Positions 1 through 12,134 of a DNA stretch of 64,000 nt are shown piece by piece (within the stretch, counting starts at the first letter, position 1; every line of letters starts with the position of its first letter). Where the stretch lies: NCBI RefSeq assembly GCF_006345805.1, contig NC_043005.1, positions 39,618,001 through 39,682,000 of the forward strand. Reading direction: 5' to 3'. Both the position numbers and the translations under genes were made by a program. Source of the stretch: Octopus sinensis (Eukaryota). The notes under the pieces are model-generated. The model was not told the DNA's origin and did no database searches. It saw nothing but the letters and a program-made list of their open reading frames with translations.

Positions 1-1099
1 TCTGTCTATGTATATATAGTGATAAGTTTCGATATCTAAAGAATATGTCCGGCTGGTGGCGGAGACTTGCACGTAGAATCGAGCTCTGGCTCACAAACAG
101 TCCTTATCTCATCTTATTCGAAATCAATGTCGTTGAGTGAAATCCATGGTGATTGTACTATATTCACCAATACTGATCACCTAACAGCAGCTGGTGCCCA
201 GCTAGAGTAGCGGCCAAGCACGTTGTGTGTATAACAATTATCCACTGGACTCTGCATGTGTTGACGGGTCTTAACTGATACCAGTCGTTTATCAGTCGTT
301 ATATCATCAACTTTTAATAAAGAATTTCTAAAAGAAGAGGAAATCTTTAATACAATACTCCGTTTCTACGTATCTCACGTGTTGCAGTCTTCACATTCTA
401 TGTCTTTTAATTTTAGTCGGATAACAATGGATAAATCTTTGAGAGAGGCTGATATCAGTTAATCCTGACAAAACCAGCGCAACAACTTCCCAACTAGTAG
501 ACGATGACGATATTTTAACTGAAAACCAGGTTTTTTTCCATGCCTCAACATACAGTAATCCGAGAAAAGAGACGGGAAGTCAGTTTTCATCACTCCTATA
601 AAAAAAAATCTGTAGAAATATAGCTGGACAGAACAAGTATTTCTCGAAACCGGCGACGTTCGTTGGTCCCACTAGCACAAAGAAGAATGTTGCCGGTATT
701 AGCATCATGTCTCCAGACTGGGGTTAATTTCATCTCTTCCGCCAACCAATCACAGAGGCCTTGAAAATGGCCCTAGGCGAGACTGCTCTCTCTTCACTGA
801 GTAAACCAGTAATATATACAAAAACAAACGATGCACAATTAAAAAAGCGTAAACATTAAACGATTTTTTTTTTCTTTCATTAAACAACTAAAGTTTTGTG
901 TCTACAGAGGAACTAAATTGAGATGAAGTTAATAATAGTGTTTAACAGTGAATGTATTAGAAATATATTTGAAGATGTAAACAATGGGAATTTTATTGAA
1001 ATATAAAGTGTGATAGTATGTGTATGTATGTGCTAGTGTTTATATGAACGTATGCTAATGTGTGCATCATACTGGTGTAAGTAGGTGTTCATTTCAGAT

Positions 1100-1242
1100 T
1101 ATGAATGAGAAATATTGACTTTTCATCGTATCGTGTGTGTGTGTGTATGTGTGTGTGTGTGTGGTTGCGCGTCCGTCTGCGTCTGCACGTGTGTGGTGAG
1201 AAAGAAAGGCGTAAGGGCGAAAGAGAGGGATCCTAGTGCGTG

Positions 1243-1300
<58 letters not shown>

Positions 1301-1533
1301 TATAATATATATGTATATATACATATATATATATATACATATATATATGTGTAAATGTATGTATATATATATGTATGCACATACAGATATGCATATATAT
1401 TATATATATAATATATATATATATATATGCACATACAGATATGCATATATATATACATATATATATATATCTTATGCACTACAGATATGCAGATATATTA
1501 TACATATATATATACATATATATATTATATATA

Positions 1534-1578
<45 letters not shown>

Positions 1579-2073
1579 GAACACACACACATATATTACC
1601 CATATACGCACGTTTATAAATGTACATGTACATCTATAGATCAAGTATTTCCTCTGTGTGTATGTACATACATATACATACATACATATCCGGGTTAACA
1701 CTAGATTGATACTATTATCCACATGCATGCCTACGTGCGTGGATATATACATCCACATATTTTTACATGTGTGTGTGTGTGCATGCGCGCGCGCGTGTGT
1801 TATGATTAATTAGTATAGTCCTACCAATAAAATACACATCAGAATCATGTTAAACCATAAAAAACAATTATTACATCTCAGGAGTTGTTTATGAAACCAC
1901 TATAATTATACAGCTTAAAAAAAAATAGTACACACAGGCGCACATATACACAAGCACATATACACATATACATACATACGTATGAACATGCAAATACACA
2001 TAAACACATGAATACCCATACAATAACATATAACAAACGTACACATATATTACAGTGTACATGAAGATGTATG

Positions 2074-2106
<33 letters not shown>

Positions 2107-2470
2107 TTAATATTATATATATATATATGTATGTATGTATGTATGTATAATATATATATATATATTTATGTAGATATGGATACATATACATGCATAAATA
2201 TTTCTAAACACATATATATGCGTGTGTATGTGTATGTATATATGTATGTATATATATGTGTGTGTTTGTGTATGTATATATGTGTATATATATATATATG
2301 TATATATGTATATATATATATGTATGTATATATATATATATATATATATATAAACATGTGCATACGTATAGATATACGTGCATGTGTATATGTGTGTATG
2401 TATGTATGTATGTATGTATGTATGTACGTATGTATGTATGTATGTTTGTATGTATGTATGTATGTCCATA
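1100..2470. repeat. Compound (TG)n/(TA)n/(TATG)n microsatellite field
   Basis: Directly visible; accounts for all ORF-track entries here. Confidence 0.95.
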
Positions 2471-3324
2471 TAAATGTAGACTAATCTGTGGGGAGTGAGA
2501 CTGGTTGAGGAATGTGGACGAGTGGAACAGAGACCAATATAATCAGAAAGAAAGAAAAGGAATGTGAATAAATGATAGTGGCTGTGGGGGGGAATGTATA
2601 TGGCGGAGTATTAATAAAGATAAACTGATAGTAAGGAAAGCCAAGGAAAAAAAAGACAAAAGAAGAGAACAGAAAGAGAGAGGAATATAGAGAGAAAATG
2701 GAGTAGCAGGTGAGAGAGAAATGCAGTAGGAGCGGGAGATAGAGGAGAAGGAAGAAAGGGAGTGGAATATAGAGAGAAAAGGAGAGAGAGGAGAAAGGAA
2801 AAAACAGAGAATAGAAAAATGAAAGCAGAGAGATAAAGAAACAATAACGAAATAAAGTGAAAAATCAGCGAAAGGAATCGAGTAAGCGAGAGAAAGGGTT
2901 AGTGTGTGTATATGTGTGTGTGTGAGGTGCAATTAGTTTTTCCAGTCGTTGGCTTTAATTACTATAGAGTGCGATAATATGAGGGGGAGATAGGCGGACG
3001 GTGAGAGAGAGAGAAAGAGAGAGAGAGGACAGAGAGAGAGAGAGAGACAGAGAGACTATAAAAGCTAAAAGCAAATAAGAGAATAGGAAACGTGGAAGTG
3101 TAAAAGAGACTCTGGTGATGAAAGTCAGTTTTAGAAGCAGTGAATTTAACTATTAATCTACTTGTGACCACCTCTTCCATTGCATCTCTCCAGCCTCACT
3201 TCCGTCTCTATCTCCCCGTTCTTATTTTATGTGTCCGCCATCAACCTGTCTGACATTGTCCAATTAAACTAAATATTTTTAACTTCTAACACCGCGATGG
3301 TAACAGTTTTATTTTCCTTATATA

Positions 3325-3424
<100 letters not shown>

Positions 3425-3429
3425 GAGAG

Positions 3430-4030
3430 GAGAGAGAAGAGAGTCGCAAAAATATTGGAAACATTGGGTACCGGATGCAACAGTTAAGTAGTCAAGAACA
3501 TATCAGTATAGGAGGTGGTCTGGAAGAGAAGTCTGTGCTCATAGTCTTCACTAGGGACCATCCACTCGCGAATATAAATATTGAGGCACTGATAATAGGT
3601 GCAAATCGACAATTACAGGAAATACATGTGCAAGGGTAAGTTCTAGTGGAGCTACATTCTCCGGAATAAGGACAGGATGGAATGGTTGATGCTCAACCAT
3701 TTGCCAGTGCGAAGCATGTTCATAAGTTTGTCCTAAACATCCATGCTTGATTTCAGACTTTTACTTCTCACTCGCTTCATACGTCTCAATTTATTCTCAT
3801 GGCTGAAAAAAAATGAGAACGTGTATCCTATATGAGGTATAGACGCCAGGGTCATATGGCTTGTGTATCACATGGGATACAGAGGACAGAGAATGGGTTA
3901 TATAGACATCATACAGGAAATCAAAGAAGGAGACCCAGGTGGTGAGCCAGACTGTCCGGGTGGAGGTGACATGAAGCCAGCCATCTATCAAAAAGGGATA
4001 CCACAGCAACTAAGCCAGACAGAACTGATC
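3430..4030 (+). mobile_element. Possible highly decayed R4/Dong-type retrotransposon C-terminal remnant
   Basis: IEALIIGANRQ resembles the R4 motif ETEALIIAAQEQ; a downstream frame ARVIWLVYHMGYRG resembles the region after the zinc knuckle. Many stops and frameshifts; eyeball similarity only. Confidence 0.3.
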
Positions 4031-4080
4031 AGCCTTGTGTATATATATATATCTATATATCTATATATATATATATATAT

Positions 4081-4127
<47 letters not shown>

Positions 4128-4130
<3 letters not shown>

Positions 4131-4217
4131 AGATAGATAGATAGATAGAAGAGATAGATGGATGGATGGATGGATGGATGGATGGATGGATGGATTGCGG
4201 ATGGATGGATGATAGAT

Positions 4218-4280
<63 letters not shown>

Positions 4281-4281
4281 T
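4128..4281. repeat. (GATA)n/(GATG)n microsatellite
   Basis: Directly visible. Confidence 0.95.
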
Positions 4282-4746
4282 ATACATTATATTTTAGATA
4301 TTTTAGATTATACATTTATTTTAGATATGAAGGCAGCACGAGGGCATAGCCGCAATTCAGTTACTGATACAAAAAAGCTAAGAGAAACTTATGACTTCCT
4401 CCGAATGAAACGCTCCCCTATCTTTTTCAATATTTTCTCTCCCACCTCTCTCTCTCTCTCTCTCCTTCCATAATGAAATACTACACTGAAAATTAACCCT
4501 TAGTTACTTCGTACTGAAGAGACTCAGCCAAGTCCAAATAGCAGCTATATACGAATTATAGGAATATTATATTTGAAATGGGAAACGAAAGAAAATAGAA
4601 TTAAATAAACGTATAAAGATTGTATATTTCATTCCATTAAGCTCAAATGTACTTCAGTGAGGTAAAAATATAATAATATTCGTGTTTGGAAAGGCGAGGA
4701 TCGCCTTTCCAATAGAAATGAACAACCAATAAACCAACAGCTATGT

Positions 4747-4799
<53 letters not shown>

Positions 4800-4913
4800 T
4801 TGTGTGTTTGTATATGTGCGTCCAACTGGCCGCATGAATTTCTCTCCTTCCTTTGCTGCAGTAGATGTAGAGTAGAGAATTCGAGTTTATTCCAAAATCA
4901 CGCATTTATGAGC

Positions 4914-4939
4914 TCATCACCACCATCACCACCATCACC

Positions 4940-4993
<54 letters not shown>

Positions 4994-5411
4994 GTCATTA
5001 TCCTCATCATCATCATCATCATCATCATCATCTCATCATCATCATCATCATCTTAACGTCATCGTCAATGTTGTTGTTATTGCTGTCTTGTTGTTGTTGT
5101 TGTTGTTCCTAGATGGTTAACTGCCAAGGCATAATTATACAGTAAGAATATATTATGGACCAGTACTGACATAACGTATGTTAATGGCCAGGAATTATTA
5201 GTTTGAGGATTGTATAGAAGAGAGAATTCTGGCTTAGAAATACTTGCTTTTAATAGAGCCTCATCATTTTAACCGATTCCAATTCGAAATCAATCCATTT
5301 TTAACCAATTCAGTAGAATGAGGAGTGGTTGGAGAGCCAGTGGGAGGGCAAAACAATAGGAACGTAATTAGGTTTCATTTCGTTTCACTAAGTCTTCTAC
5401 TGACATTGCCC

Positions 5412-5497
<86 letters not shown>

Positions 5498-5685
5498 GCC
5501 GCCACTACTGCCCCCACCGATATTACAACTGTTACTAACATTACAACTACTAATGTCACAACCACCAGCACCACCACTACAACAACTACTGCCAGTACCG
5601 CCACCACTGCAACCACCAATACCCCTATCATCACCACCACCATCACTACCACCAAAACCACCACCAAAACCACCACCAGCACCAT
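4914..5685. repeat. Trinucleotide repeat tracts (ATC/ACC, GTT, CTA/CTG/CCA)
   Basis: Directly visible; poly-S/L/P/V ORFs are repeat translations. Confidence 0.9.
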
Positions 5686-5799
5686 ATATATATATATAGG
5701 GAGAATTCACGAAAAAAACAAAAGACGAAGACAGGTGGTGTAGACAACAAACAGATGTATTAATATAACGCTCGGGAATTGAAAAAGTCTTTAATGTTA

Positions 5800-6275
5800 T
5801 GAGCCTACGCTCTTCTACAGAAAGAAACAAGGAGAGAATAAAAATGTGTGTAGTGGCTAGTGATCTATCATGGCGAATACCGCATAGAAGGGTCATACAG
5901 GAGGGCTAAGAAGTAGAGGAGATAACAAAGTAGTAGTGATCCCAAAATGAAGGTGCGCGTGTGTGTAAGGTAGTACGTATGCGCGTGTCAAAGAGGGCTA
6001 GTGATCTTGACGTGTGCGCGTGTGTATGTGTAGGTGTGAAAATGTGGTGATTGGAATTGATCAGTGCTGGTGAAGGAGTCGGTGATGTGATAGGGTCGAT
6101 GATGAGTGCCGGTGAAGAGGATGATGTCGGAGAGGTAAGGGCAAGTGCGGGAGCATGGGCGGGAGCAGGGGAACGAGTCAGGCTGGGAGGTTGGTTTGAA
6201 GAAGAAGCTGTGGACCAGAGGTTTCGTAGGTTGTGGGCTCGTTTGAAAGAGAGGAGGGGGTTGGTTAGGGATATA
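5800..6275 (-). mobile_element. Decayed Penelope-like fragment (RT C-terminus to GIY-YIG region)
   Basis: Minus-strand PLLSFKRAHNLRNL matches the Penelope linker motif (F/Y)(K/R)RxxNLR; downstream GIRHDRSLATTHIF loosely resembles the GIY-YIG end (DIR...PVARHF). Confidence 0.45.
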
Positions 6276-6279
6276 TAAA

Positions 6280-6320
<41 letters not shown>

Positions 6321-6412
6321 TATATATGTGTGTGTGTGTGTATGTGTGTGTGTGTGTGTGCGCGTGTGTGTGTGTGTGTGTGTGTAAACATGTACATATA
6401 CGTATGTATATA

Positions 6413-6454
<42 letters not shown>

Positions 6455-6490
6455 TATATATGCATATACAAATATAAATTTATATATATA

Positions 6491-6786
6491 CTAGCAGTAT
6501 CGCCCGGCGTTGCTCGGGTTTGTAAGGGAAATAACTATATAAGCATTTTTAGAGAGTTACTTCCCTTAAATAACCCGAGCAAAAATCATTAAAAATGCGG
6601 AAAAATAATGGTAAATTTTTTTAAATCGTAGACTCATTGTAGACGTGCGCTAATACCCAGAAGGGCTCGATATGAATGACGACTATAAGATACTCGCTTT
6701 TGGTTAAACTGCACCGCAAAATGTGGGAGTAGTAAATCGGAGGAGATAGAGTCTCACACACACAACTTCAATTTTATATATAAAGA
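6491..6786 (-). mobile_element. Non-autonomous Helitron-like element, copy A
   Basis: Minus strand starts TCTTTATATATAAAA, ends CTAG, has a subterminal GC hairpin (CCCGAGCAACGCCGGG), lies between A and T next to (TA)n, and has no TSD. Confidence 0.8.
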
Positions 6787-6789
6787 TAT

Positions 6790-6960
6790 AGTTAATCCAA
6801 ACATGAAAACACAAAGAAAAAACACAACAACGCGAGGACGTGGAACAAGTATAGTATTATTGGACGCTCAGGAAAGAAGGAAAGAAGGAGGGTTTAACGT
6901 TTCCAGCGGAGCTCTTCGTCAGAAACATAGGAAAAGGAAAGATCCAAAGAAGATCCATTC
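6790..6960 (-). mobile_element. Penelope-like terminal repeat (pLTR) fragment
   Basis: Contains a minimal hammerhead motif of the kind typical of Penelope pLTRs; near the Penelope-like fragment on the same strand. Confidence 0.55.
6892..6926 (-). ncRNA. Minimal type I hammerhead ribozyme motif (one stem II mismatch)
   Basis: Minus strand GUUU-CUGACGA-A-GAGC-UCC-GCUG-GAAAC-GUU|AAAC: core intact, 4-bp stem I GUUU/AAAC, palindromic stem III AACGUU, G.G mismatch at the base of stem II. Confidence 0.7.
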
Positions 6961-7119
6961 CTTTGGCCTTATTCAAGTAAACATGTTTCTTTCTGCGCTC
7001 GTGAAAAAAATTTTTTTCCTCGTCTAGGCTTATAGGCCCTCTTTATTTGTTTTCCTGTCCTGTTTCTATTCCTTCTTGTACTGTATTTCTTGTAATTGTA
7101 TTTTTATTTTGTATTTGTT

Positions 7120-7497
7120 TTTAATTGTGTTTTTTACGTCCTGTTTTTGTCACATTTTTTTCCTTGTTTTTACCCTCTGCAAAGGAATTTTATTTAATCT
7201 TCGCAGGAAGGACTGTTCGAAGAGACGTGTTCTGTCCTCACCTTCGAAACACGCTGGAGTTGAACTAGGGACGGCTGATGAAGGGGATTTTTCCTTGTGT
7301 AGTTGTCTTGTCTCTGCTTTTTCGTTGTTAAAGGAATGGTCCGTTCCATGTTGTTTTTACGTTTTCGTTCTCGTTGAGTTCTACGTCTATTTGTGGTGTC
7401 CTGTACACACGTATATATTTTATATATGCATGTATACACATGAGATGTAGGTACGTACATATATGTTTGTATGTATGCATATATTATTTATTACACT
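7120..7497 (+). repeat. Dispersed ~380 bp repeat, copy 1 (possibly Penelope UTR/pLTR)
   Basis: Highly similar to 17015-17404; contains CTGATGAAGGGGA. Confidence 0.75.
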
Positions 7498-7531
7498 ATA
7501 TATATATATATATATATATAGTCTATTATAG

Positions 7532-7690
7532 TTTTCCTTTTATTTGTTTCAGTCATTTGACTGTAGCCATGCTGGAGCAGCACCTTTAGTCGAACAAAGC
7601 GACTTCCAGGATTTATTGTTTGTAAGCCCAGTACTTACTCTATCGGTCTCTTTGCCGAACCGCAAAGTTACGGGCTTGTAAACACACCCA
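7532..7690 (-). mobile_element. SINE 3' part (family of 37377-37750)
   Basis: Reverse complement of the tail ...GCTCCAGCATGGC...ACTGAAACAA seen at 37700-37750 and 19070-19126. Confidence 0.8.
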
Positions 7691-7744
7691 TCAGTGGTTG
7701 GTCAAGTCACACCTTGAATGCCTCTAACAGCAAATCACTAGTCT

Positions 7745-8630
7745 GTCGGTGGTAGGAAATGGAGTGCTGCCAGAGAGTTGGAGGTAGCAGAGGTACAGTT
7801 GAAGCAGAAGGCTGGTTGAGACCGTGAAGATATGGGCTACGTCCCAGCTCACCAGATTCGAAGCGTCAAAAGGAAAATAACACATTTGCTTCATGAAGAA
7901 CTTTGCATTGAAGAAGGGCAAGTAGGATGGTAGGGCGCAAACATCACTGAGCCCAGACAAGATGGGCCAATATATGGCAGCAGGACATTACCTTGTTGGA
8001 TCTCTAGAGGATTGATATCCAGCGTAACAGATTTCTAACTGTCTTCGGCTCTTTACCAGGTTCAACAAACCTTCACACATGGGGCTGGAATCAAACACCG
8101 TCCTCATCCTTGTGTGCTGAAGGAGGATTCCTTCAACTCCTCTTTATTAGCTGTCTCAGAGCCTTAGCCTATGGCTGCTATCGCTGGCTGCATGGTCAGA
8201 TGCTCAGGGAGATTGAGGATGTGATATCGACAACCATTCAGTCCAGTAAATATGAAGAAGGATATCAGTTTTCTCAGAGCCGGAGAGAAGTCCAATTCAT
8301 AGAAAGTCAAGCAGCCATCATGCTTACTTTCCACAGTCCTTGGCTGGTAGCTGAAAGTGGATCTTGTAGAACAGTTAAAGTTTCCAGATCACACAGTACC
8401 AACCACACTCCGCCCAGACATAGTGATCTTCTGAAATTCCACACAGTAGATGGTCATGTAGGAACTGAATGTACCCTGGGAGGAACACATAAAGGGAGCT
8501 TTCCAAATACCAGAAACTAGTAGAATCGTACAGAATCGGGACTGGCAGGCGCTTTTTGAGGCAATAGACGTGGGCTGTCTTCAAAGCTCTAACTGGTTTT
8601 GGAATTATTGTCAGATTTATAGCCCAGAAA
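7745..8630 (+). mobile_element. Decayed HERO/NeSL-like RLE non-LTR retrotransposon C-terminal fragment
   Basis: Broken frames give GRKWSAARELEVAE, LPGSTNLHTWG, LCAEGG..CLRAL, GCYRWLHGQMLREI, DLVEQLKFPDHTVPTTLRPDIVIF, ELNVPWEEHI, KYQKLVE and AIDVGC: zinc knuckle plus PD..(D/E)xxP restriction-like endonuclease. Confidence 0.8.
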
Positions 8631-9579
8631 AGCTAGGGCTATAAATCCCATTACTGAAGCTGCAATGAAGTTCACTATGTGGCTTTGAATAAAGACGGCA
8701 GGCCAGAGGTTTGCTGTTGGAGGGATTCAAGGTGAGACTTGATCAACCACTGATGGGTTAAATGGGCGAGGAGGTCTGGTTTCGAAAGACCCGAAACTCC
8801 CATGGATTCTTGAAACATCACTGAAGACGCATCCCATACTATCCGCGAGATGTATCTTAAAAGTACACACACATACACACACGCGTGCGCGCACCACACA
8901 TACATGCATGCATACGCACAAACACACACACATGCACACGTATATTTATGTGCTACACTTAAGCAAATGCATAATTATTCATATGCATATGCTTCAAATA
9001 CATGTATGAACTAAAAACCGTATCTCCACACCACAGTCTCTACACTAGCCTCCGCTCTCAGTCCTACACTCACTCCCCCTCTCTCTCACATAAACTCACT
9101 CCTATGTGTTTGTGTGCGTGTATATATATATATATATATATATATACATGTTAAAATAAGACAAGCTCTTGTACAAATGTATTATTTCATGCGAACAAGT
9201 CTGAATTTGAAGCCATTAAATCCAGAACGATGCCGACTAAAAGCACCATAATGTTTGAATAATATAGGTGTTTGCGAACTGGAACTTATACAAAACCTCT
9301 TGGACAATTTTCAGAATTTATGGCATCCAGAAATGGTTAGCAATGTGAATCCATTGATAGCAGAAAATTTAGTGTTTCGCGTTTGATTATGGTGTTTTAT
9401 TAGGCTTCTATATGCTGATATAATTATGCTCTGTTAACTGTGAAATGAACTAACTCTGTGCTATATAATTCTCTTTGCTATCAAAACCGTTTTATATCTT
9501 TTCAGGAAGTGTATGTTTAAGTGCGTATCAAAACGTATGGGCATCGGGACTCATATCTGTGTATCTTCGTGTGCATATT

Positions 9580-9625
<46 letters not shown>

Positions 9626-9672
9626 ATATACATATACTGATGTATATGGATGTACGTATGTTTGTATATATA

Positions 9673-9738
<66 letters not shown>

Positions 9739-9998
9739 TATATATATATATGTGTGGTGTCGGTGTGAATGTAAGTAAGCATATATATGATGTGTGTATG
9801 TATATATATATATATATGTGTGTGTGTGTGGTGTGTGTTGTGTGTGTGTGTGTGTGTGTGTGTGAGTGTGTGTTTTAGCGAGAACGTACATTTGTAAGTA
9901 TATCTATATACTGTTTGCCAGTGCGTGCGCTTGTGTGTGTGTGTATACTTGTGTGTTTTAAGTGTGTATATGTGTGTGTGTGTGTGCACGCGAGCATG

Positions 9999-10040
<42 letters not shown>

Positions 10041-10597
10041 CATCAGTACGTCCGTGCGTGATTGCGTGATTAGAAGGTGCTCCACCCTGGGACATATGCC
10101 AAAAAAGGAATTTCTTTAATAGTGTGGCTAGAAAAGCTTGGACTTGGAAAATGAATTAGCATTAATTCTAACGAATGTACTCACTTATGCATAAATATAT
10201 ACATACTTATATACATGTATAATTAGAGATACATACAACCATACATACATATAATATATATATATATACATATATATGTATGTATGTATGTATGTACGTA
10301 CGTATGTATGTATGTATGTATGTATGTATGTATGTATGTATGTATGTATGCATGTAATGTAATGTAATGTAATGTCATGTATGTATATTTGCAGCTATGC
10401 ACACAGACATATTTTCACGAATCATGTATTTAACTTCTTCAGAATTCCTGCAAAATGATTGTGTAGGAAAGTGGAACGGAAAACTGGAGAGAAGGAGAGT
10501 GGAGGGGAGAGTCAAGTACACACAGCATATGCATATATATACTGCACATATACATATCTATATACATGCATACATTTTATATATATATATATATATC

Positions 10598-10748
10598 ACG
10601 GAATGCTTATCGGTATTTCGCCCGTCGCTACCTTCTGAGTTCAAATTCTGCCGATGTCAACTTCGCCTGTCAACCTTTCAGGTTTGTCAAATTAAGCACC
10701 AGTGAAATACTGGGGTCGATGTAATCGACTAGTCCCCTCCCACAGAAT
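10598..10748 (+). mobile_element. tRNA-derived SINE (family of 44294-44527), partial
   Basis: CTGAGTTCAAATTC B-box-like motif and CTGGGGTCGATGTAATCGAC body. Confidence 0.8.
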
Positions 10749-11049
10749 TATTATTATTGTTGTTGCTGTTGTTGTTGATGTTGATGATGTTGTTGTTATC
10801 ATTATAGTGTCAAACGAAATCACTATAAATGAATTAGATTAAGGAGGACCGTTGTTGAAAATTCTTTCAGGTATTTCTTCGGCTCTACGTTATGAGTTTC
10901 AAATTCCGACTATGCCAACTTCAATTCTCGTCATTTCAGGATCGCTTGCACAAAGTGGCGGCCCTACATTAGGTTCGATTTAATCGAGGAAACCCCTATA
11001 GAACAATATGAAATGTTAAAGAAATAAGTTAACAGCAATGAATCAGATG

Positions 11050-11312
11050 TTAGGAGACGTGAGAGTTAGGAAAGGAATCTCCTAGTGAGGACAGTGTATT
11101 TCCATTGATCTTTGTGCCGTGAATGATTCTATTGTGTGAAATGATGCGGAAGATAAAGTTACCTTTTTTTCTGAGAAATGTTAAATGAAAACCCAATCAA
11201 TCACCTGCTATTTATGGATGATTTGAAGTTGTTCACAAAAAGTGAGGCAGAATTAGACAGTCTAGTCCATTCTGTGCAGATGTTCCCAAATAATTTAAAG
11301 ATGACGTTTGGA
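11050..11312 (+). mobile_element. R4/Dong RT fragment (decayed)
   Basis: 11196-11312 reads INHLLFMDDLKLFTKSEAELDSLVHSVQMFPNNLKMTFG; upstream resembles the GIFQGDSLSPL motif. Confidence 0.8.
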
Positions 11313-12101
11313 TCGCCAACAGAAAGTAGCTGCCCAACACTAGAGGCGATTTAATAGATGAAACTCCTAAAAAGTTTTGGAGCCTCAAAACCTTTACCGA
11401 AATTAATTAATAAAAGAAATAATTACTATTAGTTTTCGACATAAGACAATACGTCAACTTAAAGAAAAGCGTATAATCGATTATGATTGACACCAAGTCT
11501 TGGTTAGTGTTTATTTTATTGATCCTAGAAGATGGTCAAGCAAAGTCGAACTCACCAGGTCGACTTTGCCTCGCCGAAACCAAAATGTAAGAAAGCGTAA
11601 CTCTAAACGCCGCAATGTATTTTGTCAGTAACTGCTGATCCCGCCAATAGTAACGCCATGTTATTATAGACTGAATCTCTTGATTTGCGTATGCCTAATT
11701 ATTAATTCTACCTACGTTTTTATTTAATGCATAATTAGAGAAAATGAGGGGATTATGACGAAATAATTGACAGTGTAAGTCCTCCGTCAACTGAACCAAG
11801 CAATGCGAGTATGTGAGTGGGTGGTTGGATGTGCGTAAATTTCTAGCAGGATAGTGCTTTATGTGGGATGCAGTGCCAGAAGAAAATTAACCCAAATCTG
11901 TCCAAGGAATACATAAGAAAAGTAACAGAAACAAACAGTGTCTACCCCCAACGGGGGAGAATCCTGAGCCAATGTGGAAGATCTACGTGGCCTTTACGCG
12001 ATATATTAACACATACGGGAATAGCACACACACACACTCACACACGCTCACGCACACATACACACATATTCACTCACAAACGCGCGCACGGACACACAGA
12101 T

Positions 12102-12134
<33 letters not shown>

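Noticed and set aside
1094-2498. Many long YI/HT/CV-rich ORFs here and throughout the window
   Set aside because: Translations of di- and tetranucleotide microsatellites, which lack stop codons in several frames.
2962-3180. ORF MEEVVTSRLIVKF... with an upstream CGGAAG motif
   Set aside because: No recognisable domain or splice donor, and it runs into a (CT)n repeat.
5325-5896. Poly-L/P/G/S ORFs resembling low-complexity proteins
   Set aside because: Trinucleotide repeats open on both strands, with no unique coding flanks.
7243-7300. Type II hammerhead reading (GAAAC...CUGAUGA)
   Set aside because: No stem I hairpin forms between the two core halves and stem II pairing is poor.
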